Below are positions 35,189 through 45,736 of a stretch of 64,000 nucleotides of DNA, piece after piece (the first letter of the stretch is position 1; the number at the start of each line of letters is the position of its first letter). The translations under genes and the position numbers were made by a program. Under the pieces are notes generated by a model. That model had not been told where the DNA came from. It searched no databases and saw only the letters and a list, made by a program, of their open reading frames with translations. The stretch comes from Minisyncoccia bacterium (GTDB taxonomy: Bacteria > Patescibacteriota > Minisyncoccia > Phycocordibacterales > SBAW01). The stretch is from NCBI GenBank assembly GCA_049997855.1, contig JBEKSG010000003.1:4154-68153 (forward strand), given 5' to 3'.

Positions 35189-37569
35189 ATCTTTTTCATC
35201 TCGCCCCAATTTTTGCCTACTTTTCCTTCGGTAATAAACGGAATGCCGCGTGTCTCCTTCTCCGGTATTACACCCTCCATGAGCGCTTTTATTTGGGGCG
35301 CGAGCTCATCAACGACGCTCTCCTCTATCTCAAACACCAGCTCGTCGTGCACTTGGAGCAGCTGAAAGGCGTGGCCTTTCGCTTCCCGCTCGAAGAGCTC
35401 GTCTATTTTTATCATCGCGAGCTTAACCACGTCGGCTACAGTACCCTGCATTGGCGCATTGATCGCCATACGCTCGGCCGCGGCGCGTACAAACGGTATC
35501 GGTGAGCGGATGCCATCAAAGTAGCGGCGGCGGCCAAAAAACGTTTCAACATAGCCCTCCCGCGACGCGTCGGCTTTTATCTCATCGAGGTAGGCGGCCA
35601 AGCGCGGAAACGCCGCAAAGTATTGATGATAAAACTCCTGCGCTTCGGCGCGGCTCGTGCCAAGCGCCGCCTGCAAAGCCGTCACCCCCATGCCATAGAG
35701 GATGCCAAAGTTGATGACCTTGGCGCGGCGACGCTGCTCATAGTTGACCTCGTTGTCACGCACATGAAAGACACGCGCGGCAACCTCGGCATGTACGTCG
35801 CGTCCGTTTTTAAAAATATCTGCGAGTGCTTCATCGTGCGAGAGGAGCGCCGCGACGCGTAATTCGATTTGCGAGTAGTCGAACGACACGAGCATAAAGT
35901 TTTTGTCGGCGATAAACGCGCGGCGTATGGCGCGCCCGAGCTCGGTTTTAATCGGGATATTTTGCAGGTTTGGGTCTTTGGAAGAGAGGCGCCCGGTTGC
36001 CGTGCCTGTTTGCACAAACGAGGTGTGTAAGCGGCCGTTGTTGTCGAGAAGCGCGGGGATGACATCAATGTATGTGGAGAGCAGTTTTTGCAGCTCGCGA
36101 TACGCCAAAATGTCGTCAACGATCGGATGGAGCGCCTTCATCTTTACGAGCTCCGACTCGCGCGTTGAGCGCGCTCCGCCTGCCGTCTTTTTTTGTTTTT
36201 CGGGCGTGAGACCAAGCCTGTCAAACAGCACTTCACCCAATTGTTTTGGCGAGTTGATATTAAACTCGCCGCCCGCCGCTTTATAAACACGCTTGGCAAT
36301 CGCGCCGAGCTCTTTGGCGTACTCTTTGGAAAGGTGCGCAAAAAAACTTTTGTCTATCAACACGCCGCGACGCTCCATTTTGCGCAACACCGGCGCGAGC
36401 GGCACCTCGATGTGTTCGTACACAAACCCGAGCCTGCGCTCTTTTATCTCCGCCAGGATATGGTTAAACGCTTCGTCAAATTTTTCGGACTTCCCCATCC
36501 GATGTATGTCGTCGAGCGTGGGCTCGGTAACGTTCGAGTCGAGAAGCCACACGGCTATCGCGGCTTTGTTGAGCTCATCCTCATCAACTGCCTCGCGTGG
36601 CGTATTTTCAAACAAACCGTTGGCTTCAACCTGTTGTGTATCACCCCCTTTCACATCAAGCAGGAGCTTAACGCGCGGCACGAGCGATCGAAACTCAAAC
36701 TCGGCAAGCATGTCGAGCGCTTTTTTTGTTGAGACGTTCTCTTTCCACTCTTTTTTGGGCAGTGCAAAATCTATCGGCGCGTCGCGCCGTATTTCGGCCA
36801 GCATTTTGGAAAACGCTGCGTCCTCCTCGCCCGCTGAGAGCTTTGCAATGACTCCCTCTTTAATGCCCGCTTTTTTAAGAGCGTTGGGATTTTTTTTGAG
36901 TGTTTTATACAAATCTTCTATCGAGCCAAAGGAAGCAATGAGTGCGCTTGCGGTTTTCTCGCCAATGCCTGTCACTCCTTTAATGTTGTCGGAAGCGTCG
37001 CCGCGCAAACCTTTGTAGTCGGGTAAAAGGTTGGAGGCAAAGCCAAACTCTTCTTTGAACGTACTTTCGCCATAGAGCACCATGTCGGTGATGCCCTTGC
37101 GCATCCGAAATACGCGCACATGATTATTGTCGAGCAACTGGAGCATGTCCATGTCACCCGATGCGACCACCGTGTCCACTGTTTTACTTTTGCGCATCTT
37201 TTCCACTATCGTGCCGATGATGTCGTCGGCTTCAAACCCCGGCGCCTCGTAGTGCGGGATGCCAAACGCGTCGAGCACTTCGCGGCTTTTGATAATCTGT
37301 GCCACCAAAACGTCGTCGGTTTTTGCGCGTTGTGATTTGTACTCTTCATAGGCCACGTGGCGATAGGTGGGACCGGGCAAATCGTAGGCCGCCACAATGT
37401 AGTCGGGTCCCAGGTCGGTAATGATGCGCACGAGCATCGAGACAAGCCCAAACAAAGCGCCGGTTGGCTCGCCCTTGCTCGAGCTAAAGTCGGGCAAAGC
37501 GTGATAAGCGCGGTGCAAAATCGCGTGCATATCGAGTATTACCAAACGTTTATGGGTCTTTCCCTCCAC
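35185..37569 (-). CDS. polA: DNA polymerase I (5'-3' exonuclease + polymerase; 3'-5' exonuclease region reduced)
   Basis: EADDIIG, LRGDASDNI, TGRLSS.DPNLQNIP, DYSQIELR, AKVINFG, VHDEL. Confidence 0.97.
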   Translation of the reverse strand: MEGKTHKRLVILDMHAILHRAYHALPDFSSSKGEPTGALFGLVSMLVRIITDLGPDYIVAAYDLPGPTYRHVAYEEYKSQRAKTDDVLVAQIIKSREVLDAFGIPHYEAPGFEADDIIGTIVEKMRKSKTVDTVVASGDMDMLQLLDNNHVRVFRMRKGITDMVLYGESTFKEEFGFASNLLPDYKGLRGDASDNIKGVTGIGEKTASALIASFGSIEDLYKTLKKNPNALKKAGIKEGVIAKLSAGEEDAAFSKMLAEIRRDAPIDFALPKKEWKENVSTKKALDMLAEFEFRSLVPRVKLLLDVKGGDTQQVEANGLFENTPREAVDEDELNKAAIAVWLLDSNVTEPTLDDIHRMGKSEKFDEAFNHILAEIKERRLGFVYEHIEVPLAPVLRKMERRGVLIDKSFFAHLSKEYAKELGAIAKRVYKAAGGEFNINSPKQLGEVLFDRLGLTPEKQKKTAGGARSTRESELVKMKALHPIVDDILAYRELQKLLSTYIDVIPALLDNNGRLHTSFVQTGTATGRLSSKDPNLQNIPIKTELGRAIRRAFIADKNFMLVSFDYSQIELRVAALLSHDEALADIFKNGRDVHAEVAARVFHVRDNEVNYEQRRRAKVINFGILYGMGVTALQAALGTSRAEAQEFYHQYFAAFPRLAAYLDEIKADASREGYVETFFGRRRYFDGIRSPIPFVRAAAERMAINAPMQGTVADVVKLAMIKIDELFEREAKGHAFQLLQVHDELVFEIEESVVDELAPQIKALMEGVIPEKETRGIPFITEGKVGKNWGEMKKI

Positions 37570-37598
37570 AACGGTCAGTATAACACTGGCGGCTTTTT

Positions 37599-37620
37599 AC
37601 CCTGAGCTGTGTCGAAGGGT
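37599..37620. repeat. REP-like palindrome, same family as the trmH insertion
   Basis: Reverse complement ACCCT-TCGACACAGCTC-AGGGT. Confidence 0.6.
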
Positions 37621-37626
37621 GGGTTT

Positions 37627-37974
37627 TTACTTCAATAACCCCAGCTGGAGTTTGAGTATATATTCAACGTCGGTAAGTTCGCTTGCAGAAATACTTCCTA
37701 TCCTCTTATCTAATCGCAACTTTGAAACAGTGGTAATTTGTTCCGCAACAGCTTTGCTTTTTTTGCCGAGCACGCTAACAATCGTTTGACTTGGATACAC
37801 AGGCATAATAGTGCCCGTAAGCGGCACTACTTGTATTTGTTCTGATAATTCGTTGGCATCATCATTACTTACCACGATGGCTGGACGTGTCTTTTGTATC
37901 TCGGTACCCATAGACCTATCAAACGATACCCACCAGATTTCGCCACGCAAAGGGTAGCCGTCTTTTTTGCTCAT
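37627..37974 (-). CDS. mazF: PemK/MazF-family toxin
   Basis: RGEIWWV..GTEIQKTRPAIVVSND, VVPLT, EQITTV. Confidence 0.92.
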   Translation of the reverse strand: MSKKDGYPLRGEIWWVSFDRSMGTEIQKTRPAIVVSNDDANELSEQIQVVPLTGTIMPVYPSQTIVSVLGKKSKAVAEQITTVSKLRLDKRIGSISASELTDVEYILKLQLGLLK

Positions 37975-38204
37975 ATATCGAGGTCGCCAATCATTGCCTC
38001 GCTCCACTCATGAGCCTCGCGGCAGTACTCTTTATCAGCTGCCATCGCTTTATATCCTTCACGCAACGCTTCCCGCGACAAAAGATGCGGCCGGGCCACA
38101 TCGCTTAAAAAGCGGCCGATATTCCCCCGCCCCACTTGCTTTTGCAGAGCACGATAAACATCCGCTTCGACAAGAATAGTCAACTTTTTTGTTGTGGTTG
38201 CCAT
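37971..38204 (-). CDS. Antitoxin of the MazF pair (RHH-like)
   Basis: KKLTI..VYRAL, LREGYKAMAAD..EAHEW; ATGA overlap with toxin. Confidence 0.85.
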   Translation of the reverse strand: MATTTKKLTILVEADVYRALQKQVGRGNIGRFLSDVARPHLLSREALREGYKAMAADKEYCREAHEWSEAMIGDLDI

Positions 38205-38339
38205 ATACGTACAATTATACATACAATATATTTTGGTGCAAGCACCTCCGCGGCATAGCAAGGTGAAACCTTGATGTCTTAAATTGTGGATAAGAATGTG
38301 CGGACATAGTAACTATAGTAATATACTAAACCCATACTC

Positions 38340-40965
38340 ATGAAGGGCACAGCTGGCACTGCGGGGGGGGGTACGACGAGCACTGTCTGTAGCTCTCCTC
38401 TTTTGTAGTGCTCTCCTTCTTTTCTCTAACGCGATTCCAGCATCTGCCGCCATCTTTACCCGCCCCCTCTACCTCGGCACCAAAGGGAGTGACGTCTCTG
38501 CTCTCCAGCAGTTTCTTAAATCAAAAGGCTACTTTACCTATCCAACCATCACCGGCTACTTTGGTGCCGTTACGGTAAAAGCAGTAGAAGCCTATCAAAA
38601 AGCAAACAACCTTGAGCCGGTAGGCAACGTAGGACCCAAAACCCGTGCACTGCTCAATACCGCGCTCACCACTACTACCCCTGCATCCTCAACCCCCCCA
38701 ACCTCTACCACCACGCCAACCACCAGCACCACAACCATTCCCTGCATCCCTGGTTGGTGCACGCTGCCAGGTTACGCACCAGGGCAGTTTGTTGGGGGAG
38801 GAGGAGCTAATCGTGATATCACGCCACCGAGTGTCTCCCTTACTACACCCACCAGTGGCACCACCGTCGCAGGCCCGGTCACGCTTACCGCCTCTGCTTC
38901 TGACAATGTGGGGGTCACAAGCGTACAGTTCAATGTCGATGGTACAAGTATCGGGTCTCTCTCTTCTGCTCCGTACACCACTACATGGAACAGTGGGAGT
39001 GTTGCTGACGGTTCACATACCCTCACGGTCACAGCTCAAGATGCGGCAGGTAATACCACCACTAGTGCAGGCGTTGCTATTACCGTACGCAATACACCCC
39101 CTATTATTACCGCCATCGCCTCAAGCTCTATTGCTTCCACGACACAGACTATTACGTGGACTACTGATGAGCTTGCTACCTCGACCGTCTACTATGGCAC
39201 TACTACAAGCTATGGTAGTGCTTCATCTTCAGCCATCCTCACCACGAGCCACTCAATTACACTTACCGGTCTCACTGCCTCAACTACGTACAACTTTGTT
39301 GTTACCTCCGCAGACGCTTCAGGCAACATTGCCTCTTCCACCAACCAATCCTTTACCACTGCGGCCTACACCTATTACGTGGATAGTGTAAATGGTAGTG
39401 ATGCGAATCCTGGCACATCTCCGTCCTTGGCACTCAGAAACATCACAGCACTTCCTACCATCACAGCAGGGCAGGGTGTTGGATTGGCGTATGGGTCGCA
39501 TTGGAGACAGCAGCTTACTATCAATGCAGCGAACGCAACTGTTATTGGCTATCCTACAACATACAACTCAACCAATTTACCGATTCTTGATGCGTCAGAT
39601 GTCATACCCAATGCAAATTTTGTCGCGGCTACCGGAGGTAACACCGGCGCGTACTACACAAATAGTGCCCTTTCCTTTCTAAGCGCTGGTTCAGGAGCAG
39701 GATGGATCAATGTGTTTGAGACTGGCGGTCCGGGCGATTCCACTACAGGACGATTTCTGACGAATGTCGTTAGTGAAGCCTTAGTGGCGTCTACACCTTG
39801 TAGTTACTACGTTCCTGGCATATCTCAAGGATCTGCCGTCCCTGCAAGCGGAGTTATTTACCTTCATTCTTGCGATGATAGTTCGCCAATTACTAATGGA
39901 TATTTATATGAATTTAGCAATCGTGCCACCGCCCTTACTATGAACGGCTATGGAGGTAAGGTAAGCAACCTAGAGGGCCGCAAAAATTCCTCTGAAAGCG
40001 GCGCAATTGTTCTTTCCGGAGATGGTAACTCCTACATTGTAAATAACATAATCGCGCGCGATGGGAATGACCATGTGATGTTTGTGCCATCTGGTACGAC
40101 CATATCAAATTCACAATTCATTAATGCCTATTGGGGGCCAAACATCTTTAACAATTTACTGGTCGTTTATGACGCAAATGGAACCGGATTGCCTTTCAGT
40201 TCATCTAACAATATTTATCAACAAGACCAAAATATGAGCGATTCCGTTTATGGCGTTATTGCTTTGATGCAGCACACTAACGGCGGTACGAGTATTGGTA
40301 ACGTGACCTCTACTGGCGATTGGTTCATCGGAAAGAACGGTGCCATTATGACGGCCTTCGGTGTCAGCAATACTCCATCACTTATAATGAACAACAATTA
40401 CGCGAGCCAAGTTGCACATATGGTCTCGGTAACAACGTCGGTGGTTGACAATGGATCACAATTTGTAGCGAGTGGGGGTGATTTTCTAGAATACGCTGCC
40501 GCAAATCAGACAGTCACTCTTAATAACACTCTTATTTGTACAACTAATAGCCCATACGGCGGGCCGTTGAATATTGAGAACGCTGCAAACAGCACGCTTA
40601 ATATTAATGGCGGCGTAACGTATTTAGACACCGGAAAGGGCTGGAACGTAATCTCCGATAACAACGGCGAAGGCACCGCGAACGTGCATCTGAACATCAA
40701 CAACCATATCTTTGGTGGCCCAGGTCAATACTCAATGAACGCGTATGATTTCACTGGTAGCGGTGGAGTATTTACGGGCGGAACGGCAGGAAACGCAAAT
40801 TCCTATTCGACCGGCTTTGGATTCATGATCTTCAACAACGTGCAATATAACAGTCTTGCGGCATGGAAAGCGGCGGTTACCCCGCAAGACGCAGTGGCTG
40901 TCTCTATTGCACCAACTGTAGGGCAAAGTGCCTGCACACTGCCGACTATACCTACAGTAAATTAG
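38340..40965 (+). CDS. Large secreted protein (peptidoglycan-binding + Ig-like + FN3 + beta-helix-like), frameshifted at G9 tract 38363-38371
   Basis: The frame of ORF 38908..40965 is open back to 38344 and encodes a signal peptide plus LYLGTKGSDVSALQQFL..TGYFG..AV..YQ..GNVGPKTRALLN; ATG 38340 is out of frame by 1 nt. Confidence 0.8.
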
Positions 40966-40968
40966 TTT

Positions 40969-41454
40969 TTATTTTTCCACCTCCACACTGCGCTCGCCTT
41001 CTTGCATCCCTTCGGACGAAAAGTTTATCACGAGGTCGGGTTTGGGGAGCTCGCACTCTACCCTCTCGGGCCATTCTACACACACGAGTATTTTTGGGTC
41101 TTGCAAAAACTGCTCCGGCTTAATTGCGGCAAATTGTTTTGGATTTTCTAATCTGTAGGCGTCGATGTGCACTAATTTATTAAAAGGCGTCGCCTTAACA
41201 CCAGGGCTCTTCAAGGCAACGCCTTGGGGGATGTCGTAGCTCTTCATCAACACATACGTGGGGCTTTGCAGCGTTTCGGTAACACCAAGCGCTTTTGCGA
41301 GCGCTTGTACAAACGTGGTTTTGCCCGAGCCCAAATCGCCTCGCAACGCAACAAGCGTTGCGTGCGGCTTGTTTTGCTCAAGCGACTGCAAAATATCCAA
41401 CACTTTTTGTGCAAAAGCATCCACGTTGGCGAGCGGTACCGTCTCCATACTCAT
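40969..41454 (-). CDS. tsaE: tRNA t6A biosynthesis ATPase TsaE
   Basis: LRGDLGSGKTTF, QSPTY, HIDAYRL, VEWP. Confidence 0.95.
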   Translation of the reverse strand: MSMETVPLANVDAFAQKVLDILQSLEQNKPHATLVALRGDLGSGKTTFVQALAKALGVTETLQSPTYVLMKSYDIPQGVALKSPGVKATPFNKLVHIDAYRLENPKQFAAIKPEQFLQDPKILVCVEWPERVECELPKPDLVINFSSEGMQEGERSVEVEK

Positions 41455-41486
41455 CAGAGTACCAAAAGGCGTTGTACAATACGAGC

Positions 41487-43172
41487 ATGGCCGGACAATT
41501 TGATGAAGCGGAGTCGGCAAAGCGGCTCGACTTTTTGCGCAAACGCGAAGAGGAGGAACTTGCGCAAATGCTCTCGAGCAGATATGGCGTCGAGTATGTC
41601 GACCTTTCGCTTGTGGCTATCAACAGCGACGCTCTGCGCATTATTAGCGAGGAAGAGAGCCGCGCCGTGGAGGCGGTGGCATTTGGACGTGTTGGTAAAA
41701 GGCTCTCGGTTGCCGTGCGCGCGCCCGGCAAAAACGAAGTTAAGGCGCTGATGCAAAAACTCACCGAGCAAGGCTACGAAGTCACATTATTTATTTGCTC
41801 CGAAGAAAGTTTGAAGCGTGCCTATGCGCGCTATGCCGACCTCTCCTATGCCACCGAGTCAAAAGCGGGCGTCTTTGAACTTTCCAACCAGGAAGTTGAG
41901 GACCTTGCCGAAAAAGTTAAAACGCTCGAGGACATCGGTGCGCTCATCAACGATGCAATAGAGATGAAGCGTGCCTATCGCATCACGCGAATCCTCGAAG
42001 TTATTTTGGCAGGCGGTCTCTCAACAGGCGCCTCGGACATCCACTTTGAGCCCGAGGAGGTGGCCGTGCGTTTGCGGTACCGACTCGACGGCGTGCTTGT
42101 TGATGTGCTCACCTTTGACCACGAAACCTATCGGCTTACGCTCTCACGCCTCAAACTGCTCTCGGGATTAAAGCTCAACGTGACCGACGAGGCGCAAGAC
42201 GGCCGCTTTAGCATAAAAATAAAAGGCGATGAGATAGAGTTGCGCACCTCGATACTCCCTGGCAACTATGCCGAAACGCTGGTGCTCCGTATTTTAAATC
42301 CTAAATCGATCGGCGTGCCGCTCGAAGATCTCGGCATCGAAGAAAAATTGCGTCTGCGGATTGAAAAAGAGATTGCAAAACCCAACGGCATGATACTCAC
42401 CACCGGCCCAACTGGCAGCGGCAAAACCACCACGCTCTACGCGTTTTTGCGCAAGATAAACGACCCGGGCACCAAGATTATTACCATCGAGGACCCGGTG
42501 GAGTATCACCTGCCCGGCATCGTGCAAACGCAGGTTGATAAAAAAACGTACACTTTTGCGGCAGGCTTGCGCTCGGCCCTGCGACAAGACCCCGACATCA
42601 TCATGGTCGGCGAGATCCGCGACGACGAAGTGGCCGCGACCGCCATCAACGCGGCACTTACCGGACACCTCGTGTTCTCAACGCTCCACACCAACGATGC
42701 GGCCGGGGCTTTCCCCCGCCTCATCGACCTCGGTGTGTCCGAAAAAGTGTTGAGCTCGTCCATCAATGTTGCTATCGCTCAGCGCCTTTTGCGCAAACTC
42801 TGCAGTGCGTGCAAAGTACAACGCGCGCCAACGGGAGATGAGCAAGCAATAATCGACCGCACGATTGCAGGCATTGTCGATAGATCGTTCGTGCCCGCTA
42901 CCACCAACGTGCTGTGGGGCGCGTTGCCCAAAGGATGCCCCGAGTGTCACGGTCGCGGATACAAAGGCCGTATCGGCATCTTTGAGGCAATATTTATGGA
43001 CGCAAAAATTGAGGAAGTACTACGCACCAAGCCAAGCGAGCGCGAGGTGGCCGAGGCCGCCAAGCCGCAAGCAATACCCACCATGGAACAAGACGGTGTC
43101 TTAAAGGTCCTCCGCGGCGTGACTTCATTAGAAGAGCTCGGCCGCGTTGTTGATTTAACGGCAAAAATATAG
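41487..43172 (+). CDS. GspE/PilB-family type IV pilus assembly ATPase
   Basis: ASDIHFEP, QDGRF, GPTGSGKTTT, EDPVE, LRQDPD..GEIRD, TLHTND, CxxC pairs. Confidence 0.95.
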   Translation: MAGQFDEAESAKRLDFLRKREEEELAQMLSSRYGVEYVDLSLVAINSDALRIISEEESRAVEAVAFGRVGKRLSVAVRAPGKNEVKALMQKLTEQGYEVTLFICSEESLKRAYARYADLSYATESKAGVFELSNQEVEDLAEKVKTLEDIGALINDAIEMKRAYRITRILEVILAGGLSTGASDIHFEPEEVAVRLRYRLDGVLVDVLTFDHETYRLTLSRLKLLSGLKLNVTDEAQDGRFSIKIKGDEIELRTSILPGNYAETLVLRILNPKSIGVPLEDLGIEEKLRLRIEKEIAKPNGMILTTGPTGSGKTTTLYAFLRKINDPGTKIITIEDPVEYHLPGIVQTQVDKKTYTFAAGLRSALRQDPDIIMVGEIRDDEVAATAINAALTGHLVFSTLHTNDAAGAFPRLIDLGVSEKVLSSSINVAIAQRLLRKLCSACKVQRAPTGDEQAIIDRTIAGIVDRSFVPATTNVLWGALPKGCPECHGRGYKGRIGIFEAIFMDAKIEEVLRTKPSEREVAEAAKPQAIPTMEQDGVLKVLRGVTSLEELGRVVDLTAKI

Positions 43173-43213
43173 CCTGCCGCACGATGCGATTGAGTGTGCC
43201 CTCAAAACACAAA

Positions 43214-43432
43214 ACTCCCGCTGGTCAATCTAGCCGATTGGCCAAACGGGAGTATTGTTAAGGGAGTTTGGAGTAGTACACCCTCAAGCAATGCACAGAT
43301 TCGACTAGCGAATAAGCGGAAGCCGCTTCTGAGGATAGCCCCCGCGGCTATGTATAAAACATGGTGCCGGAGCATCCTTGGAGCGGTCCCAAAGCGATTA
43401 AGCCGCACTGCTTGAGGGTGTACTCTTCCCAA
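43214..43432. ncRNA. Candidate structured RNA between pilB and ruvB, unassigned
   Basis: 16-bp perfect stem 43275-43290/43409-43424 enclosing several hairpins, plus a flanking hairpin. Confidence 0.5.
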
Positions 43433-43493
43433 CAAAAAATCCCCCATGCAAGGGAAGAGCAATGCTGGGCGTATCTTAGCATACCATTATTTT

Positions 43494-44516
43494 ATGTCAA
43501 GCCTCTCGAAAGACCCTAGCCAAGAGCTCAAAAACGAGGCGCATCTCGACCAAACGTTGCGCCCGGCCTCTTGGAGCGAGTATATCGGGCAAGAGAGCAT
43601 TAAAAACAACCTCCATATTTTGATTAGCGCCGCCAAAGAGCGTTCGACTCCGCCGGAACATATCCTTTTTTACGGGCCGCCGGGTCTCGGCAAGACAACG
43701 CTCGCGCATCTCATTGCGCACGAGCTTGGTGGAGCGTTGCGCGCAACCTCCGGTCCCGCTATCGAGCGCGTGGGCGACTTGGCTGCACTACTCACCAACC
43801 TCAATCCGGGCGACATTTTGTTTATCGACGAGATACACCGGCTTAGCCATGCCATTGAGGAGGTGCTCTACCCTGCCATGGAGAGCAGCTCGCTCAACAT
43901 CATCATTGGCAAGGGGCCGAGTGCACGCACGCTTGATTTGCCGCTGCCGCCGTTTACCTTAATTGCCGCTACGACACGCGTGGCCGACCTCTCGGCGCCA
44001 CTGCGTTCGCGGTTTTCGGGCGGCGTCTTTCGCCTCGAGTTTTACAGCGAGGATGATATCGCGCACATCGTGAGGCGCTCGGCAAAAATACTTGGCGTTG
44101 ATATCGAAGAAGGCGGCGTTGCCGAGATCGCCAAACGCGCGCGCGCGACACCGCGCACCGCCAACTATCTCTTAAAACGCGCGCGCGACTGGGCGCAGGT
44201 CAAAAAAATCCCGCTCTCGGCAAAAGCGGTGAGCGACGCGTTGGCCATGCTCGAGGTAGATGAGCTGGGCTTGACCCCGCTTGATAGAAAACTGCTTGAG
44301 GTGCTGATAGAGCGCTTCAACGGCGGCCCGGCGGGCGTTTCGGCACTGGCGGCAGCGCTCGCCGAAGAGCCGACCACGATAAGCGAGGTGCACGAACCAT
44401 TCCTCCTCCAACTCGGTTTGATTGAAAGGACTCCAAGAGGTCGCGTAGCCACCGTTAAGGCCTATGAACATACAGGCAAACAAGCTCCCTTCAACTTAAA
44501 CGAAAAGCTTTTATAA
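43494..44516 (+). CDS. ruvB: Holliday junction helicase RuvB
   Basis: [32 protein letters not shown]. Confidence 0.97.
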   Translation: MSSLSKDPSQELKNEAHLDQTLRPASWSEYIGQESIKNNLHILISAAKERSTPPEHILFYGPPGLGKTTLAHLIAHELGGALRATSGPAIERVGDLAALLTNLNPGDILFIDEIHRLSHAIEEVLYPAMESSSLNIIIGKGPSARTLDLPLPPFTLIAATTRVADLSAPLRSRFSGGVFRLEFYSEDDIAHIVRRSAKILGVDIEEGGVAEIAKRARATPRTANYLLKRARDWAQVKKIPLSAKAVSDALAMLEVDELGLTPLDRKLLEVLIERFNGGPAGVSALAAALAEEPTTISEVHEPFLLQLGLIERTPRGRVATVKAYEHTGKQAPFNLNEKLL

Positions 44517-44544
44517 TTTTAGAAAAGAGAGGTATAAATCTTAT

Positions 44545-45075
44545 ATGTCAGGACACAGCAAATGGGCAAAGCTCAAGCACACCAAAGGTAAGACTGATGC
44601 CGAGAAGGCCAAACTTTTTAGCAAGCTCGTGCGCTTTATCACTATCGAGGCAAAAAAAGCCAAGGGCGACCGCAATGCGCCCGGCGTGCGTGTCGCCATT
44701 GAGAAAGCCAAGGAGGCCAATATGCCTGCCGATAACATCGAACGCGCGCTGAGCCGTGCCTCAAGCGACGACATCGAGATGGAACAGGTTACCTATGAGG
44801 CTTACGGCCCCGGCGGGTGCGCAATTATTGTTGGGGGCTACACCGACTCGCGCAATCGCACCAATCAGGAAATTAAACATCTGCTCGCGCTCCATGGCGC
44901 CACGCTTGCCACGCCGGGCGCAGCCATGTGGGCGTTTACTAAAGGAGCCGACGGCAAGCTCGAGGCAACCGTGCCGGTTGAGCTCAGCGACGAAGACGCA
45001 CGAAAAATGGCGCAGCTTAGCGACGCGCTCGAAGACCACGACGACGTGAGCGAGGTGTACACCAACGCTGCGTAA
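44545..45075 (+). CDS. yebC: YebC/PmpR family protein (short form)
   Basis: MSGHSKW, YEAYGPGG, LEDHDDV..VYTN. Confidence 0.93.
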   Translation: MSGHSKWAKLKHTKGKTDAEKAKLFSKLVRFITIEAKKAKGDRNAPGVRVAIEKAKEANMPADNIERALSRASSDDIEMEQVTYEAYGPGGCAIIVGGYTDSRNRTNQEIKHLLALHGATLATPGAAMWAFTKGADGKLEATVPVELSDEDARKMAQLSDALEDHDDVSEVYTNAA

Positions 45076-45116
45076 TCTCTTTTTTCTTATTTTACTGTGA
45101 TTGCTATACTGCATCT

Positions 45117-45599
45117 ATGCGAGTGCTAGCTTTTGACCCGGGGTTTGAGCGGCTCGGCGTTGCCGTGGCTGAAAAAAACAACGGCAAGGAAACTGTCCTA
45201 CACTCCGAGTGCGTGCGTACTGATGCCTCGCTCCCCTTTAGCGAGCGGCTCCTCACGCTCGGCACAGCCGTTGAGGCACTCATAAAAAAGTTTAAGCCCG
45301 ATGTAATAGCGCTTGAAGAGATCTTTTTCGGCAAAAATGCAAAAACCGGCGTACAAATAGCCGAGGTACGCGGCATGCTTACTTATATTGCCACAAAAAA
45401 GGGGCTTACTGTATATGGCTACACACCGCTTGAGGTTAAAATAGCTGTTACTGGCTATGGTAAGAGCGACAAAAGTGCCGTCGCAATGATGGTGCCGCGT
45501 CTGGCGAGCTTGCCAAAGCGTCGGCGTCTTGACGATGAGCTGGACGCTATCGCGATAGGGCTCACCTGCTTGGCCTGCGAAGCTCACGGAGCAAAGTAG
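45117..45599 (+). CDS. ruvC: Crossover junction endonuclease RuvC
   Basis: FDPG, EEIFF, EVRG, YTPLEVK..TGYG, DDELDA. Confidence 0.96.
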   Translation: MRVLAFDPGFERLGVAVAEKNNGKETVLHSECVRTDASLPFSERLLTLGTAVEALIKKFKPDVIALEEIFFGKNAKTGVQIAEVRGMLTYIATKKGLTVYGYTPLEVKIAVTGYGKSDKSAVAMMVPRLASLPKRRRLDDELDAIAIGLTCLACEAHGAK

Positions 45600-45736
45600 G
45601 CTCTTGCGGAGCGTGCGTTTGGGTTACTATTATCCACAGTCGATGCGCCCAAAACGGTTTGCAAAACGTATTAGTTTTGTTACAACACAATGCATCGGAG
45701 CCATCACTATAATTACAAGATATAAAGACGCGCTTT

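Noticed and set aside
38645-39391. 248-aa Pro/Leu-rich ORF
   Set aside because: Off-frame shadow of the Thr/Ser-rich surface protein gene.
43202-43462. 86-aa and 73-aa ORFs, or RNase P RNA / tmRNA / SRP RNA, in the pilB-ruvB gap
   Set aside because: The ORFs have no protein-like motifs, and GAGGAAAGTCC, a tRNA-like 3' end and the SRP loop motif are absent.
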